Positions 1-9,684 are shown, counted from the stretch's first letter. The stretch is DNA of 44,013 nt from an uncultured delta proteobacterium (GCA_963755715.1 CAVWLW010000042.1:1-44013); one strand, 5' to 3'. Notes: generated from the sequence alone by a model not told the origin. Translations and numbers: made by a program.

Positions 1-127
1 TGTTTTGGGCAACATTTCGAACCGCATGAGCGATAGAGACGCAGTACATCAGCGAACGAGAGTCCGTTCTGCGCTTCGGATAATGAGTAGACCATAGCCC
101 GCCAATATTCGTATCTTTGATGTCCAT
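1..127 (-). CDS. Small hypothetical protein, runs off window edge (WxxH[YF]PKR family, copy 1)
   Basis: Manual translation MDIKDTNIGGLWSTHYPKRRTDSRSLMYCVSIAHAVRNVAQN...; aligns with 2168..2398 and 34384..34617; absent from ORF track. Confidence 0.8.
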   Translation of the reverse strand, partial: MDIKDTNIGGLWSTHYPKRRTDSRSLMYCVSIAHAVRNVAQN

Positions 128-157
128 AGAACAGCAAAGCCTTCCGATATCGGCCCG

Positions 158-511
158 CTACAACGAATCAGGCGCATCCAGAAGTTCGATTGAGCCGATT
201 TCGCTTAGGGAGCGTCCATAATTCGCTCTTAGCAATTCAAAAATCTGATGACAAACTTCTTGACGGTCGAAACTGAGGCGACCGAGATAAACACTTCCAT
301 TGTGTTTTATCGTCATGAACAGGCTGCTATCGGGTCGGACAATAGATCGTCGCACATTCTCGAGTATTCCAACCTCGCCTTTGGGATGCAGATGATTATT
401 CCGAAGCCCATCAGCCCAAATCCATTCCGGTGGCCAATTCGGAATGCCGTTCAACGACATAAGAGGATGATTGCGCAGTTGCATAATTGGCCATTGAAAT
501 ATGCTTTGCAC
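158..511 (-). CDS. Hypothetical protein (likely start MQLRNHPLM near 484)
   Basis: 117-aa ORF with protein-like composition, co-oriented 30 bp upstream of 1..127. Confidence 0.7.
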   Translation of the reverse strand: MQSIFQWPIMQLRNHPLMSLNGIPNWPPEWIWADGLRNNHLHPKGEVGILENVRRSIVRPDSSLFMTIKHNGSVYLGRLSFDRQEVCHQIFELLRANYGRSLSEIGSIELLDAPDSL

Positions 512-572
512 TCACAGCTTTTTAACTTTACTTGACTAAATTTATTGAGCCCGACCTTCGAACAGGGGAAAG

Positions 573-600
573 CGGAGGGCCACCCTATGTGACCCTCCGC
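573..600 (-). terminator. Putative intrinsic terminator
   Basis: GCGGAGGG...CCCTCCGC stem followed by TTT on minus strand, just downstream of 618..1001. Confidence 0.5.
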
Positions 601-617
601 ATCTAAGAGATCAGAAT

Positions 618-1001
618 TTACTCGTGATCGTGGTCTTTGTTTCCATGCTCTTCCCGCTCATCTTTGTTTAAGTCTTTCCTGTCCCGACGCATATCTTTTT
701 CGAGGTTGCGTATTTTTGAATTGTATTCGCGAGTTTCACGCTTATCGCCTTCGCGAATCTCGCGATCACGTTGCTGTCTTAACTATTCAAGCTGTTGTTG
801 GTCCTGCCGAAGATCCTGACGTTGATTCCGCGTGTCTTTCCTATCGTCGTCATCGGCGAAACCTCGTGCGGTTGGGGCGATCAGCGTAGCGGCGAGTAAA
901 CTCATGCAAAATAAGAGCGCAAGCGGCATACCAACCGGTAAACACTTAATAACGCTAGGCTCATGCAAATTCGGACTAGATTGAAGGGGCTTTTCCTGCA
1001 T
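618..1001 (-). pseudogene. Secreted charged coiled-coil protein interrupted by in-frame TAG (783-785)
   Basis: Signal-peptide-like N-terminus; frame continues past TAG as LRQQRDREIREGDKRETREYNSKIRNLEKDMRRDRK...HDHE to TAA at 618-620. Confidence 0.65.
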
Positions 1002-1610
1002 GGATTGAGGAAAATCGCTTACGTGTCAATAAGCGACAGCAAACTGTAAAAATTCAAATGGCGATCTTTTCGCATCCACAAAAGTGTTTCCTCAATTTGG
1101 CTGAGCAGAAATGTGATCGGTGGATCGCGGCAGGAATGTTGTTCTCAAGGAGGGATCTATTTCGCTGGCACACGAAAGAATCATCGTGTACTGCTATCGC
1201 GCTTAACCGGAAGAGTTAGCTACAAAGTCGCCACCGACAGCCTTCAATACAACTCGTTGCCGTGGCACACCAGTCAGCGAGCTAAAATGTTTGAGCGGAA
1301 CTCTTTGATGAGAGTCGGATCAAAGGAAAGCAGAGCGGGTGTGGCCATCGTAATATTTACCGAATCGTAGATCTCGCGATAAGAATCAATTGCCGGCAGC
1401 ACATGGGCATATCGCGCAGAAGGTGCCGGCGCGAGCGGATAAGGTGATCAAGTCAGAGCGATTATAGACACATAGACAAGCGATAACCGCACCGGCGGGG
1501 TGCGCCCCTCTCATTCACACTCGAACAATCTCGCCCAGCTTTTTCACGGATTTTGTCACAGCACATTACCCAAAAGCGCACGTTATCTTTAGCTGTTCCA
1601 AAATTCTCTG

Positions 1611-1625
1611 TGGCATCCACATTGC
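1611..1625 (+). promoter_or_regulatory. Sigma-54 (-24/-12) promoter
   Basis: TGGCATCCACATTGC fits GG-N10-GC; followed by AAGGAG and ATG at 1654. Confidence 0.7.
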
Positions 1626-1653
1626 GCTTCCAGACGCGAAAGGAGATCTCGGC

Positions 1654-1793
1654 ATGGAAACAATTGGAACAAATGATCCGGTGAAATCTTCTTCTCAGTC
1701 GGTGGGAATTGACTGGCCGGTCCTAACCTACTGGGTCACATCCTTAGCATCGTATTCGGCATCCTTTACGCCGTAATTTCGGAAGCGTTTTAA
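1654..1793 (+). CDS. Small putative membrane peptide, possibly frameshifted near 1738
   Basis: RBS AAGGAG; METIGTNDPVKSSSQSVGIDWPVLTYW stops at 1776, while a shifted frame gives hydrophobic ILSIVFGILYAVISEAF ending 1793. Confidence 0.5.
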
Positions 1794-1825
1794 AGCCCGT
1801 CCCTTAGCGACCGGACCGCTTAACC

Positions 1826-2044
1826 ATGCCAGCTAAACGAATCGTCGACGCGGTCAGCGTAGGAGCTGATCAGGTGATCTGTCCGTGCGGCAAGGTGATC
1901 GAGCTGGAACCGGAAGATCCGGAGCTCCTCGAGGTTGGCAATTTGGTTTACTTGCCGCGATTGGTAGCTATCGATTGCCCCAAGTGTAGCGCCGTAGTAC
2001 GGTTGGATCGGTTCTTGGAAGATTTCACACTGCGGGAGCTTTGA
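1826..2044 (+). CDS. Small zinc-ribbon-like protein
   Basis: CPCG ... CPKC cysteine pairs. Confidence 0.6.
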   Translation: MPAKRIVDAVSVGADQVICPCGKVIELEPEDPELLEVGNLVYLPRLVAIDCPKCSAVVRLDRFLEDFTLREL

Positions 2045-2167
2045 TTTCGGCGCGGCGCTTTTTAACTCTGACGGGGAAGAGCCGCGGTCAACACCGGTGC
2101 TGTACGATCACTCAACTTTGTAGAGGAGAAGCCACCGCGTTTGGTTGGCTGATTCCAGCCGATGAAT

Positions 2168-2398
2168 TCACGTTGACTCGTTTTCGATCGTAGCAAACTG
2201 TTCTTTGGGAATTCGAGCATCGGCAAGGATATGCTCTAGTTTATCGGACCAATCGCTCTGCTGAGTCATCGACCTGGCCCGGAGCCGAATTACCATAGCG
2301 AGTGACAAGCAGAGCGACTTTGACGACCCGTTCTCGGCGCGCTTAGGATAGTGCCGCGCCCAGATGATGCCGATCTCTTCGTTGTCTAGCCGATCCAT
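2168..2398 (-). CDS. Small hypothetical protein (WxxH[YF]PKR family, copy 2)
   Basis: WARHYPKRAENGSSKSLC motif shared with two other ORFs in the window. Confidence 0.8.
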   Translation of the reverse strand: MDRLDNEEIGIIWARHYPKRAENGSSKSLCLSLAMVIRLRARSMTQQSDWSDKLEHILADARIPKEQFATIENEST

Positions 2399-2507
2399 TT
2401 GTGTTCTCTGCTGTAATTCGAAACGTGGCTTTTGGCTTCACGCACTGTCTACACTGTAAAAATAACTGCATCGAGTCGCAAGACCCTGTTTAACCACATG
2501 ATATAGC

Positions 2508-2537
2508 TTGTATTCCCATTCGGAAGTTCTATATAAT
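2508..2537 (+). promoter_or_regulatory. Sigma-70-type promoter for response regulator, nearly leaderless
   Basis: TTGTAT-18 nt-TATAAT; ATG 11 nt after the -10 box, no SD. Confidence 0.55.
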
Positions 2538-2548
2538 GTGCGGCATTT

Positions 2549-2917
2549 ATGATTCTCCTCGTAGAAGACGAAAAGAGGGCTCGGGAAGTTTTCGCTAGAA
2601 TCCTCAAACACGCCGGTTACACAGTCATGGAAGCAGCCGACGGACTTGAAGCGCTATCTTTGCTTGAGGATCTACCCTGCGATTTAGTCGTTTCGGATAT
2701 ATTGATGCCGAAGCTAAACGGGTATGCGCTGGTTGCCCGCATTCGTGCCAAATGGCCCAATATGCCGATAATTCTCACGTCCGGTTACCTGTCCCCAGAT
2801 GCAGCAAAGACCATGATGAACGGGTCGGTAGAATTTATACCGAAGCCCCTTGATGCAGCGGCGCTAATTGCGATCATTCAACGCTTGATGCCACCCGGTT
2901 TGATACAAGACCTTTAG
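2549..2917 (+). CDS. Single-domain response regulator (CheY-like receiver)
   Basis: ILLVEDE, VSDILMP (phospho-Asp), LTSG, FIPKP. Confidence 0.95.
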   Translation: MILLVEDEKRAREVFARILKHAGYTVMEAADGLEALSLLEDLPCDLVVSDILMPKLNGYALVARIRAKWPNMPIILTSGYLSPDAAKTMMNGSVEFIPKPLDAAALIAIIQRLMPPGLIQDL

Positions 2918-3013
2918 ACAACCGCCGGCTGGCCTATAGTCGTTGTGAGAATGTACCGAATCGTCGTCGTTTTGAGGGCCTTTAGCTCACCCGGACGCAT
3001 CATCTTTGTCATT

Positions 3014-3169
3014 CTATACCTGGAAGGTACGGTTCAGTGCTTGCCGATTAAACTGAGCCGGTAGTGGCTTCTTCTTTTTTATGGGAAAAACCAGCGGCTG
3101 GCCTAGTGTCCATTCCGTGCTCTTTTCTCTGCGTTTAGTGGCTGTCTTCTTTATCCTTTTATTATTCAT
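3014..3169 (-). CDS. Small basic hypothetical protein
   Basis: MNNKRIKKTATKRREK..., 51 aa, Lys/Arg-rich; no recognisable domain. Confidence 0.4.
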   Translation of the reverse strand: MNNKRIKKTATKRREKSTEWTLGQPLVFPIKKKKPLPAQFNRQALNRTFQV

Positions 3170-3178
3170 ACTAATAGG

Positions 3179-3391
3179 ATGGCACAGTGGGGCATCGTTA
3201 TCGACGCCCCTTTCCAAAAATTCGCCATAGACTTATTCCCAAGCCGGGCGAGCGAAGCGCTCCAACCGGAGCAACTTACGAACTTTCGCGTTTCGAATAT
3301 CCTGCGTATGATTGGTGCCTATCTCGATGCCGGCGAACACGAGCTGGTTGAGATTCAAAAAAGGCCAATTGCGATCACACTGCCGGCCTAA
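3179..3391 (+). CDS. Hypothetical protein
   Basis: 70-aa ORF filling the intergenic gap; no motif. Confidence 0.3.
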   Translation: MAQWGIVIDAPFQKFAIDLFPSRASEALQPEQLTNFRVSNILRMIGAYLDAGEHELVEIQKRPIAITLPA

Positions 3392-3502
3392 TGCCGCACG
3401 GTTTTAATGCGCGGATAAAAAGATGAAGTCGAGTTCGAATAAAAGGAGCCGCCGGTGGGGATAATTCCCAAAAAATCGGCTCACACTGGTGCCACGTATC
3501 GC

Positions 3503-3934
3503 TTATCGCTGGAGGTCGCGGGGCGTCACGAGGATGACGGGCGGTTGGTAATCGAGTGATAAATGTCGCTGCATCGCGGCACGAAGCAATTTCAATTCGA
3601 AAGGCTTGTGTATTATTTCGTCCGCCCCGGCGGTGATAGCTCGATCGACAAGCGACCCGTAGGAAAAGGCGGTAGTTACGATCACGGGTATGTGTCGCGT
3701 CGACGGATCCGCTTTGAGCCGCGCTGTGGCTTGATCTCCCGTCATCGCAGGCATGTCGAGATCCATGATAATCAGATCGGGACGAGTCACGCGTGCTTGA
3801 CTTACGGCCTCAAACCCAGTCGCCGCTTCAACCGCTCTGTAGCCGGATCGTCTTAGAAACAGCATAATCATTTCTCGATAATCGGCTACGTCTTCAACAA
3901 CAAGGATCTTGTTATTGCCCATGTCCATCTCCAC
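3503..3934 (-). CDS. Single-domain response regulator (DivK/CheY-like)
   Basis: KILVVED, IIMDLDMP, VTTAF, IHKPF. Confidence 0.95.
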   Translation of the reverse strand: MEMDMGNNKILVVEDVADYREMIMLFLRRSGYRAVEAATGFEAVSQARVTRPDLIIMDLDMPAMTGDQATARLKADPSTRHIPVIVTTAFSYGSLVDRAITAGADEIIHKPFELKLLRAAMQRHLSLDYQPPVILVTPRDLQR

Positions 3935-4041
3935 TCAAAGGGCGGCCCGCGGGCATGTCTATGGGCATGCGGGAAAAAAACGGCAAAACTGGTAGACTGA
4001 CTGAAATGAAACTTCTGCCCGGAAATAGAGTGCTTAGCATG

Positions 4042-4116
4042 TGGCGCGCCCGACAGGAATCGAACCTGTACTTAGGGTTCCGGAGACCCTCGTGATATCC
4101 TTTTCACTACGGGCGC
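4042..4116 (-). tRNA. tRNA-Arg(CCG)
   Basis: Acceptor GCGCCCG/CGGGCGC, anticodon arm AGGGT-CTCCGGA-ACCCT, GGTTCGATTCC T-arm, encoded CCA. Confidence 0.95.
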
Positions 4117-4146
4117 GTGCAAAATTTTTTATCACCGGGTCGTCGA

Positions 4147-4959
4147 TCAGTCAACGTGCGCTTTGGCAATTGGGCTGGCCACGCGGACCATTTCGTCGTG
4201 AATGAGACCGTTCGTTGCCAACGTCTCGTGGCCGCGAATTGAAAAGGGTTTGCCGGAAAAATCGCTGAGCTTGCCGCCGGCTTCTGTGATGATTAAAGAT
4301 CCGGCAGCGATATCCCACGGCTTGAGCTTAAGTTCCCAGAAACCATCGAGCCTGCCGCAAGCAACATAGCAAAGATCGAGCGCTGCCGATCCGCCGCGGC
4401 GAATCCCTTGGCATCGAATCATGAACGCCTTGAAATAGCTCAGATAGAAGTCGGCGAAGTCGCGGTGATCGTAAGGAAATCCGGTGGCGAGCAAGGACTT
4501 GTCCAATTCGTTTGCGATTGACGTCCGAATCGGGCTGCTATCCAGTGTTGCCCCTTGGCCGAGTGCCGCTTTGAAGCATTCGTTTCGAATCGGATCGTAA
4601 ACCAACCCCACGATGACGCGGCCGTTCTGCTCCAGCGCGATGGACACGGAAAACTGCGGGTAGCTATGAACGAAATTGGTTGTGCCGTCGAGCGGGTCGA
4701 TAATCCAGCGATAGTGGTTTTGCGCGCCGTCAACGTCGGTTTCTTCTTCAGCTAAGATCGAATGATCGGGAAAGTTGCGCCGAATCACGTCGACGATCTG
4801 CCGTTCGCATTCTCGGTCCACCGAAGTCACCAGGTCAATAGCGCCCTTGTAATCAATCGTCTTCGGCTGCTGCCAGTTTTCACGAATGATGGCACCGGCG
4901 GCGTTGGCCGCTTCCCAGGCGACGCTCATGAAATTTCCGATATCAGCGTGGATTGACAC
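4147..4959 (-). CDS. suhB: Inositol monophosphatase family protein (start may be 4929)
   Basis: DLVT, LAEE, WIIDPLDGTTNF, GSAALDLCYVACG, PWDIAAG motifs. Confidence 0.95.
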   Translation of the reverse strand: MSIHADIGNFMSVAWEAANAAGAIIRENWQQPKTIDYKGAIDLVTSVDRECERQIVDVIRRNFPDHSILAEEETDVDGAQNHYRWIIDPLDGTTNFVHSYPQFSVSIALEQNGRVIVGLVYDPIRNECFKAALGQGATLDSSPIRTSIANELDKSLLATGFPYDHRDFADFYLSYFKAFMIRCQGIRRGGSAALDLCYVACGRLDGFWELKLKPWDIAAGSLIITEAGGKLSDFSGKPFSIRGHETLATNGLIHDEMVRVASPIAKAHVD

Positions 4960-5008
4960 GAGTAGGACTCCGTCGCAAATGACCCGAGCCTATGTTACCT
5001 AATGGCGC

Positions 5009-5869
5009 GTGAGGATTCGAGCGCCGGCGAAAATCAATTTATCTTTGCGCGTGGTTGGACGGCGCGAAGACGGATATCATCTGCTCGACACCATCATGCT
5101 TCCGGTTTCGCTCTATGACGAAATCGAAATCCGCAAATCGAAAGCAAAAGCGAAGTCCGCCGGCGCGCGGATCAAGATAAGTTGCGCTCATCCGTTGGTG
5201 CCGCGCGGCGAACAAAATATCGTCTTTGGCGCGGCTCGGCTATTGCTGCCGCGTCTAGACGAACGTCTGAGGATTCATATTCATATTCGCAAGCGCATCC
5301 CGGTTGGCGCCGGGCTCGGGGGCGGCAGCACCGATGCGGCAGCGACATTGGTCGGATTGAACCGTCTATTCAAGCTTGGCCTATCGGACGCTCACTTGGA
5401 AAAATTGGCATTGTCGTTGGGAGCGGATGTGCCGTTCTTCATCCGGGCTCGACCCGCTCGCGCGCTCGGTATAGGCGAGCGATTATTCCCGCTGGCTGGA
5501 TTGCCCCAGATATGGATCGTCATCATCTATCCCGGCTTTCCAATTTCGACTGCTTGGGTGTACAAAAATCTCGCCACAAAGTTGACAAAACCTAGGGTAA
5601 ATACTAGCATTGCGGCTTCGCTGAAGAGTTTGGACAAGCTTGCTGGCCTGCTCGTTAACGATCTGGAAAGCGTCACTCTCGATAGGTACCCCCGGATTCG
5701 TTTGTTTAAGGATAAGCTATTGCGCGAGGGGGCCGCAGGGGGTTTAATGTCAGGTAGCGGCTCGGCGGTATTTGGTATTTTTAATTCCAAGACCAAAGCC
5801 CAAAAGGCCTTTCATAGGTTGCGGAACGAGGAGGGGGTTGACGCGTTTTTGGTGCATGTGCTGAGTTGA
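5009..5869 (+). CDS. ispE: 4-diphosphocytidyl-2-C-methyl-D-erythritol kinase
   Basis: APAKINL, IPVGAGLGGGSTDAA, LGADVPFF, MSGSGS. Confidence 0.97.
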   Translation: MRIRAPAKINLSLRVVGRREDGYHLLDTIMLPVSLYDEIEIRKSKAKAKSAGARIKISCAHPLVPRGEQNIVFGAARLLLPRLDERLRIHIHIRKRIPVGAGLGGGSTDAAATLVGLNRLFKLGLSDAHLEKLALSLGADVPFFIRARPARALGIGERLFPLAGLPQIWIVIIYPGFPISTAWVYKNLATKLTKPRVNTSIAASLKSLDKLAGLLVNDLESVTLDRYPRIRLFKDKLLREGAAGGLMSGSGSAVFGIFNSKTKAQKAFHRLRNEEGVDAFLVHVLS

Positions 5870-5936
5870 ATGATCCCTCGTAAAGCCTAAAGTAACCGCC
5901 AGCAACGCAACTGGCTCGTTCAAGTTGGGGGTCCCT

Positions 5937-6224
5937 ATGCAGGTTACCGAGGTTAGGGTCTTTCCTGTTGATGAAGATAAACTAAAGGCTTATGTCACGA
6001 TCACGCTCGATCACTGTTTTGTGATTCGGGACTTAAAAATCATCCATGGCACCACCGGGTTTTTTGTTTCGATGCCCAGCAAAAAACGCAAGGATGGAAC
6101 CTACAAAGACATCGCTCATCCGATCAATAACGAAACACGGCGGATGATCGAGGAAAAAATCATCGCGGAATATCAAAAGGTTCTCGCCGAGGGTGGAAGC
6201 GCCAAAGCACTGGATAATGACTGA
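5937..6224 (+). CDS. spoVG: SpoVG family nucleic-acid-binding protein
   Basis: MQVTEVRV, FVSMPSKKRKDGTYKDIAHPIN. Confidence 0.95.
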   Translation: MQVTEVRVFPVDEDKLKAYVTITLDHCFVIRDLKIIHGTTGFFVSMPSKKRKDGTYKDIAHPINNETRRMIEEKIIAEYQKVLAEGGSAKALDND

Positions 6225-6273
6225 GTCGATATTTCGCGCGACCGGGTGAACTTCTTTCGCGGAGGTTCGGGGA

Positions 6274-6347
6274 TGGGCGGTCGCCAAGCGGTAAGGCCCC
6301 GGCCTTTGGAGCCGGTATCGAAGGTTCGAATCCTTCCCGCCCAGCCA
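6274..6347 (+). tRNA. tRNA-Gln(TTG)
   Basis: TGGGCGG/CCGCCCA acceptor, CCGGC-CTTTGGA-GCCGG anticodon arm, TTCGAAT T-loop, CCA; typical ispE-tRNA-Gln-prs context. Confidence 0.97.
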
Positions 6348-6401
6348 GTTTCTATTGCAGAAAACGGGTCCAGGTAATAGATATATTGGTACCTCAATGT
6401 T

Positions 6402-6434
6402 GGCGCCGTTCACGGGGACGGCGCCGTTGTTTTA
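6402..6434 (+). terminator. Terminator-like hairpin after tRNA-Gln
   Basis: GGCGCCGT/ACGGCGCC stem followed by GTTGTTTTT. Confidence 0.45.
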
Positions 6435-6525
6435 CTGATTGGGCGATGCGCATTGCGGAGGCGGGGCTCGATCAGGTTTGTTTCCAAGTTAGATAAAGGG
6501 CGCAATCGGTCGACGCCAAAAAAAC

Positions 6526-7479
6526 ATGTCTCAACAGAATACCGCATTGAAAATATTCGCCGGTAATTCGAATCCGCCCTTGGCCGCGGAGATCAGCCAA
6601 TATTTGAAGGTCGCGTTGGGCAAGGCCACGGTGGATACCTTCAGCGATGGCGAAAGCAAGGTCGAGATAAAAGAAAACGTTCGCGGCGCCGACGTTTTCG
6701 TGTTGCAGTCGACTTCGGCGCCGGGCAACAACAATTTGATGGAACTGCTCCTCATGTTGGACGCTTTCAAGCGCGCCTCGGCGATGCGCATCACCGCGGT
6801 GATGCCCTATTATGGATACGCCCGCCAGGACCGCAAAGTGGTGCCGCGCGTGCCGATCAGCGCGAAGCTGGTCGCCGACTTGATCACGATCGCCGGAGCG
6901 TCGCGCATGCTCACCTTGGATTTACACTCCGGACAGATTCAAGGATTTTTCGATATTCCCGTCGACAACGTCTATGCCACGCCGGTGTTGCTCGAATATC
7001 TAAGAAAGCAATTAAACCACAACGAGGTGACCATCGTGTCTCCCGACGCCGGCGGCGTGGAGCGGGCGCGCGCGGTCGCGACTCGACTGGATGCGTCGCT
7101 TGCGATCATCGATAAACGCCGGGTCGGTCCCAATGTTGTTGCCGAAATGAACATCATCGGCGACGTCGCGGATCGCGTGGCGATTCTGGTCGATGACATG
7201 GTCGACACCGCGGGCACGTTGACGATGGCCGCCGAAGCGCTCAAAAAAGAGGGCGCGAAGCGAATCCTCGGCTGTTGCACGCATCCGGTTCTGTCCGGCC
7301 CGGCGATCAAGCGCATCGAAGAGTGCCCGCTCGAAGAATTAATCGTCACCAATACCATTCCCTTAGGTCCGCAAGCTCAAGGCTGCCGCAAGATCAAGAC
7401 TTTATCCGTAGCACACCTGCTCGGGGAAGCGATCCGCCGCACCCATGAAGAAGAATCGATCAGTTCATTGTTCGTTTAG
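6526..7479 (+). CDS. prs: Ribose-phosphate pyrophosphokinase
   Basis: [33 protein letters not shown]. Confidence 0.98.
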   Translation: MSQQNTALKIFAGNSNPPLAAEISQYLKVALGKATVDTFSDGESKVEIKENVRGADVFVLQSTSAPGNNNLMELLLMLDAFKRASAMRITAVMPYYGYARQDRKVVPRVPISAKLVADLITIAGASRMLTLDLHSGQIQGFFDIPVDNVYATPVLLEYLRKQLNHNEVTIVSPDAGGVERARAVATRLDASLAIIDKRRVGPNVVAEMNIIGDVADRVAILVDDMVDTAGTLTMAAEALKKEGAKRILGCCTHPVLSGPAIKRIEECPLEELIVTNTIPLGPQAQGCRKIKTLSVAHLLGEAIRRTHEEESISSLFV

Positions 7480-7498
7480 CCCGAGGAGGTAGATTTCC

Positions 7499-8152
7499 GT
7501 GGAAACCCTTGAAATACATGCCGATGCCCGCGAGAAGATAAAGAAGCGCGATGCCAAGCGATTGTTGCGCAGCGGAAAAATCCCGGGCATTCTTTACGGC
7601 CCGAAAATGCAGTCCGTGAGCCTCGAATTCGATCAGCGCGAGTTCTCCAACCGGATAGCGGGATTGGAAGGTTCGCATTTGGTGCGCTTGAAGTCGTCGA
7701 CCGCTTCGTTGGCCGACAAAGTGGCGCTCGTCAAAGATATGCAGTATCACCCGATTAGCGGCGATGTCATCCATGCGGATTTGTACGAAGTCGATTTGAC
7801 GGCGAAGATTACCGTGCATGTGCCGCTCCATTTCGTCGGCAAGGCCGCCGGTGTTGTTCGCGGTGGTATTCTCCAGCCGATCGTGCGTGAGATGGAAGTC
7901 GAGTGTTTGCCGCTGGACATCCCTGAGTTTTTCAACGTCGACGTAAGCGGATTGGATATCGGCGATTCGGTGCACATTGAAGATCTCGCTATGCCCGAAG
8001 GCGTCACGGCGATCTATGAGTCGAATCTCCCCTTAGTGTCGGTGGTGCCGCCGACCGTCGAAGAGGCGCCGGCTGCAGCGGCTGCGCCCGTGGAAGGCGC
8101 CGAAGTTGCCGCCGCGCCGCCGGAAGCGCCCACCAAGGAAGGCGAATCCTGA
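7499..8152 (+). CDS. rplY: 50S ribosomal protein L25 (Ctc-type)
   Basis: GKIPGILYG, QYHP...HADLY, Ala/Glu-rich tail; between prs and pth. Confidence 0.97.
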   Translation: METLEIHADAREKIKKRDAKRLLRSGKIPGILYGPKMQSVSLEFDQREFSNRIAGLEGSHLVRLKSSTASLADKVALVKDMQYHPISGDVIHADLYEVDLTAKITVHVPLHFVGKAAGVVRGGILQPIVREMEVECLPLDIPEFFNVDVSGLDIGDSVHIEDLAMPEGVTAIYESNLPLVSVVPPTVEEAPAAAAAPVEGAEVAAAPPEAPTKEGES

Positions 8153-8187
8153 TCGACTGCTTTTTCCAAGCATGCCGCGGTTGATCG

Positions 8188-8751
8188 ATGAAATTGATCG
8201 TCGGTCTTGGCAATCCGGGGCAACAATACGAACGCACGCGCCACAACTTGGGTTTTTTGATCGTCGATCGGCTGGCGGCGCAAAATCGGATTGCGTTGGC
8301 ACAAGAGGCTTGCGATTCGATAATCGGGGCAGGTTCTTGCGGCGGTGCCGAAACTGTTTTAGCTAAACCGCAAACCTTCATGAATCTAAGCGGCTGGGCG
8401 GTTGAGTGCCTGCTGAGGAATTTTTCCGGGACCGCCGACGACCTGGTGGTGCTTTACGATGATTTGGATTTGCCCTTCGGTCGCATTCGAATCCGCCCGC
8501 GCGGCAATGCGGGCGGTCACCGCGGCATGCTGTCCATCATCGAGCGATTGGCCGGCGCGCCGTTTTATCGGGTCCGAGTGGGCATTGGCCGGCCGCCAGC
8601 AGGAATAGAGACGATCGATTATGTTTTGGAACGTTTCAACGCTCAAGAATCGGACCAATTGGAAGCGGTCGTCGACCGCGCGGCTGAGGCTGTCGTAGCC
8701 TTACTGAGAGATGGGCCGGAGCGCGCGATGGCGTGTTATAACCAGGCTTAG
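8188..8751 (+). CDS. pth: Peptidyl-tRNA hydrolase
   Basis: LIVGLGNPG, TRHNLGF, KPQTFMNLSG, GGHRG. Confidence 0.98.
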   Translation: MKLIVGLGNPGQQYERTRHNLGFLIVDRLAAQNRIALAQEACDSIIGAGSCGGAETVLAKPQTFMNLSGWAVECLLRNFSGTADDLVVLYDDLDLPFGRIRIRPRGNAGGHRGMLSIIERLAGAPFYRVRVGIGRPPAGIETIDYVLERFNAQESDQLEAVVDRAAEAVVALLRDGPERAMACYNQA

Positions 8752-8826
8752 TGATATCCCGAGCGCATTGTAATGGCTCAGGTCGTATGTTAAAAACGAC
8801 ACTTTATTGTGGAGGAGCAAATCACC

Positions 8827-9210
8827 GTGACTCTATATGAAACGCTATTCGTGGTTCACCCGGAGCGGGGATCGCGGATGAAAGAATTCATCGAAAAGTT
8901 TAAGAAAGTGATTGAGGGTCAGGAGGGCACGGTTTCCCTAGTTGACGAATGGGGTATGCGCGATCTCGCTTATCGCATCGACAAGCAGAGCAAAGGCGTT
9001 TATGCCTTGTTGCGTTACCAGGCGACGGGCCGCGCGGTTGAGGAATTGGAGCGCAACCTCAAGCTGACCGACGGTATACTGCGCTATTTAACCGTTCGGA
9101 CCGAGGAAAACGCGATCACGAACCCGAACCCGGCGGCGGTACGCGCGCACACCGAACAAGCCCGGCATGTAACAGAAGAGAATAGCGCAAAAACAGAACC
9201 TACGACGTAG
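8827..9210 (+). CDS. rpsF: 30S ribosomal protein S6
   Basis: YETLFV, WGMRDLAYRI; GTG 8827 downstream of GGAGG. Confidence 0.96.
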   Translation: MTLYETLFVVHPERGSRMKEFIEKFKKVIEGQEGTVSLVDEWGMRDLAYRIDKQSKGVYALLRYQATGRAVEELERNLKLTDGILRYLTVRTEENAITNPNPAAVRAHTEQARHVTEENSAKTEPTT

Positions 9211-9364
9211 AGCCGAAGATTCGGTGCCACCCTATGGGAATGTCATAGGCCGATCTGTTTTTCGTCATCTTCTTGTCGAACTATGAATTTCCCGCTCGTT
9301 GCCGTCTCGGCCTTTGGAATCATAACCGTTGCAATAATTGATGGAAAAAGAGGTAGATTAATTT

Positions 9365-9661
9365 ATGGCACAGATGGAACGAAGCCCAAGACCTTTCCGG
9401 GAAAGGTCGGATGACGATAAGGGTGGCCCGCCGCGCCGACGCCCGATGTTTCGTCGTCGTGTATGCCGTTTTTGCGCGGACAAATCGCTGGCGATCGACT
9501 ATAAAGATCTGCGGACAATTTCGCAGTTCGTGACAGAACGCGGGAAGATGACGCCGAGCCGAATTACGGGAAACTGTGCGCGCCATCAGCGTTTGCTGAC
9601 GACCGCCATCAAAAGAGCCCGCAGCGTCGCTCTACTGCCGTTTACCACCGCGAAGAACTAA
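9365..9661 (+). CDS. rpsR: 30S ribosomal protein S18 (Cys-containing form)
   Basis: [25 protein letters not shown]. Confidence 0.97.
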   Translation: MAQMERSPRPFRERSDDDKGGPPRRRPMFRRRVCRFCADKSLAIDYKDLRTISQFVTERGKMTPSRITGNCARHQRLLTTAIKRARSVALLPFTTAKN

Positions 9662-9684
9662 TCGTTTTCACCGGACCCTCAGTC

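Noticed and set aside
1561-1578. HYPK reading as a fourth family copy
   Set aside because: No W, R, S or C at the required spacing and no supporting ORF
9211-9364. Absence of ssb between rpsF and rpsR
   Set aside because: rpsF-rpsR-DUF2232-rplI without ssb is a common arrangement
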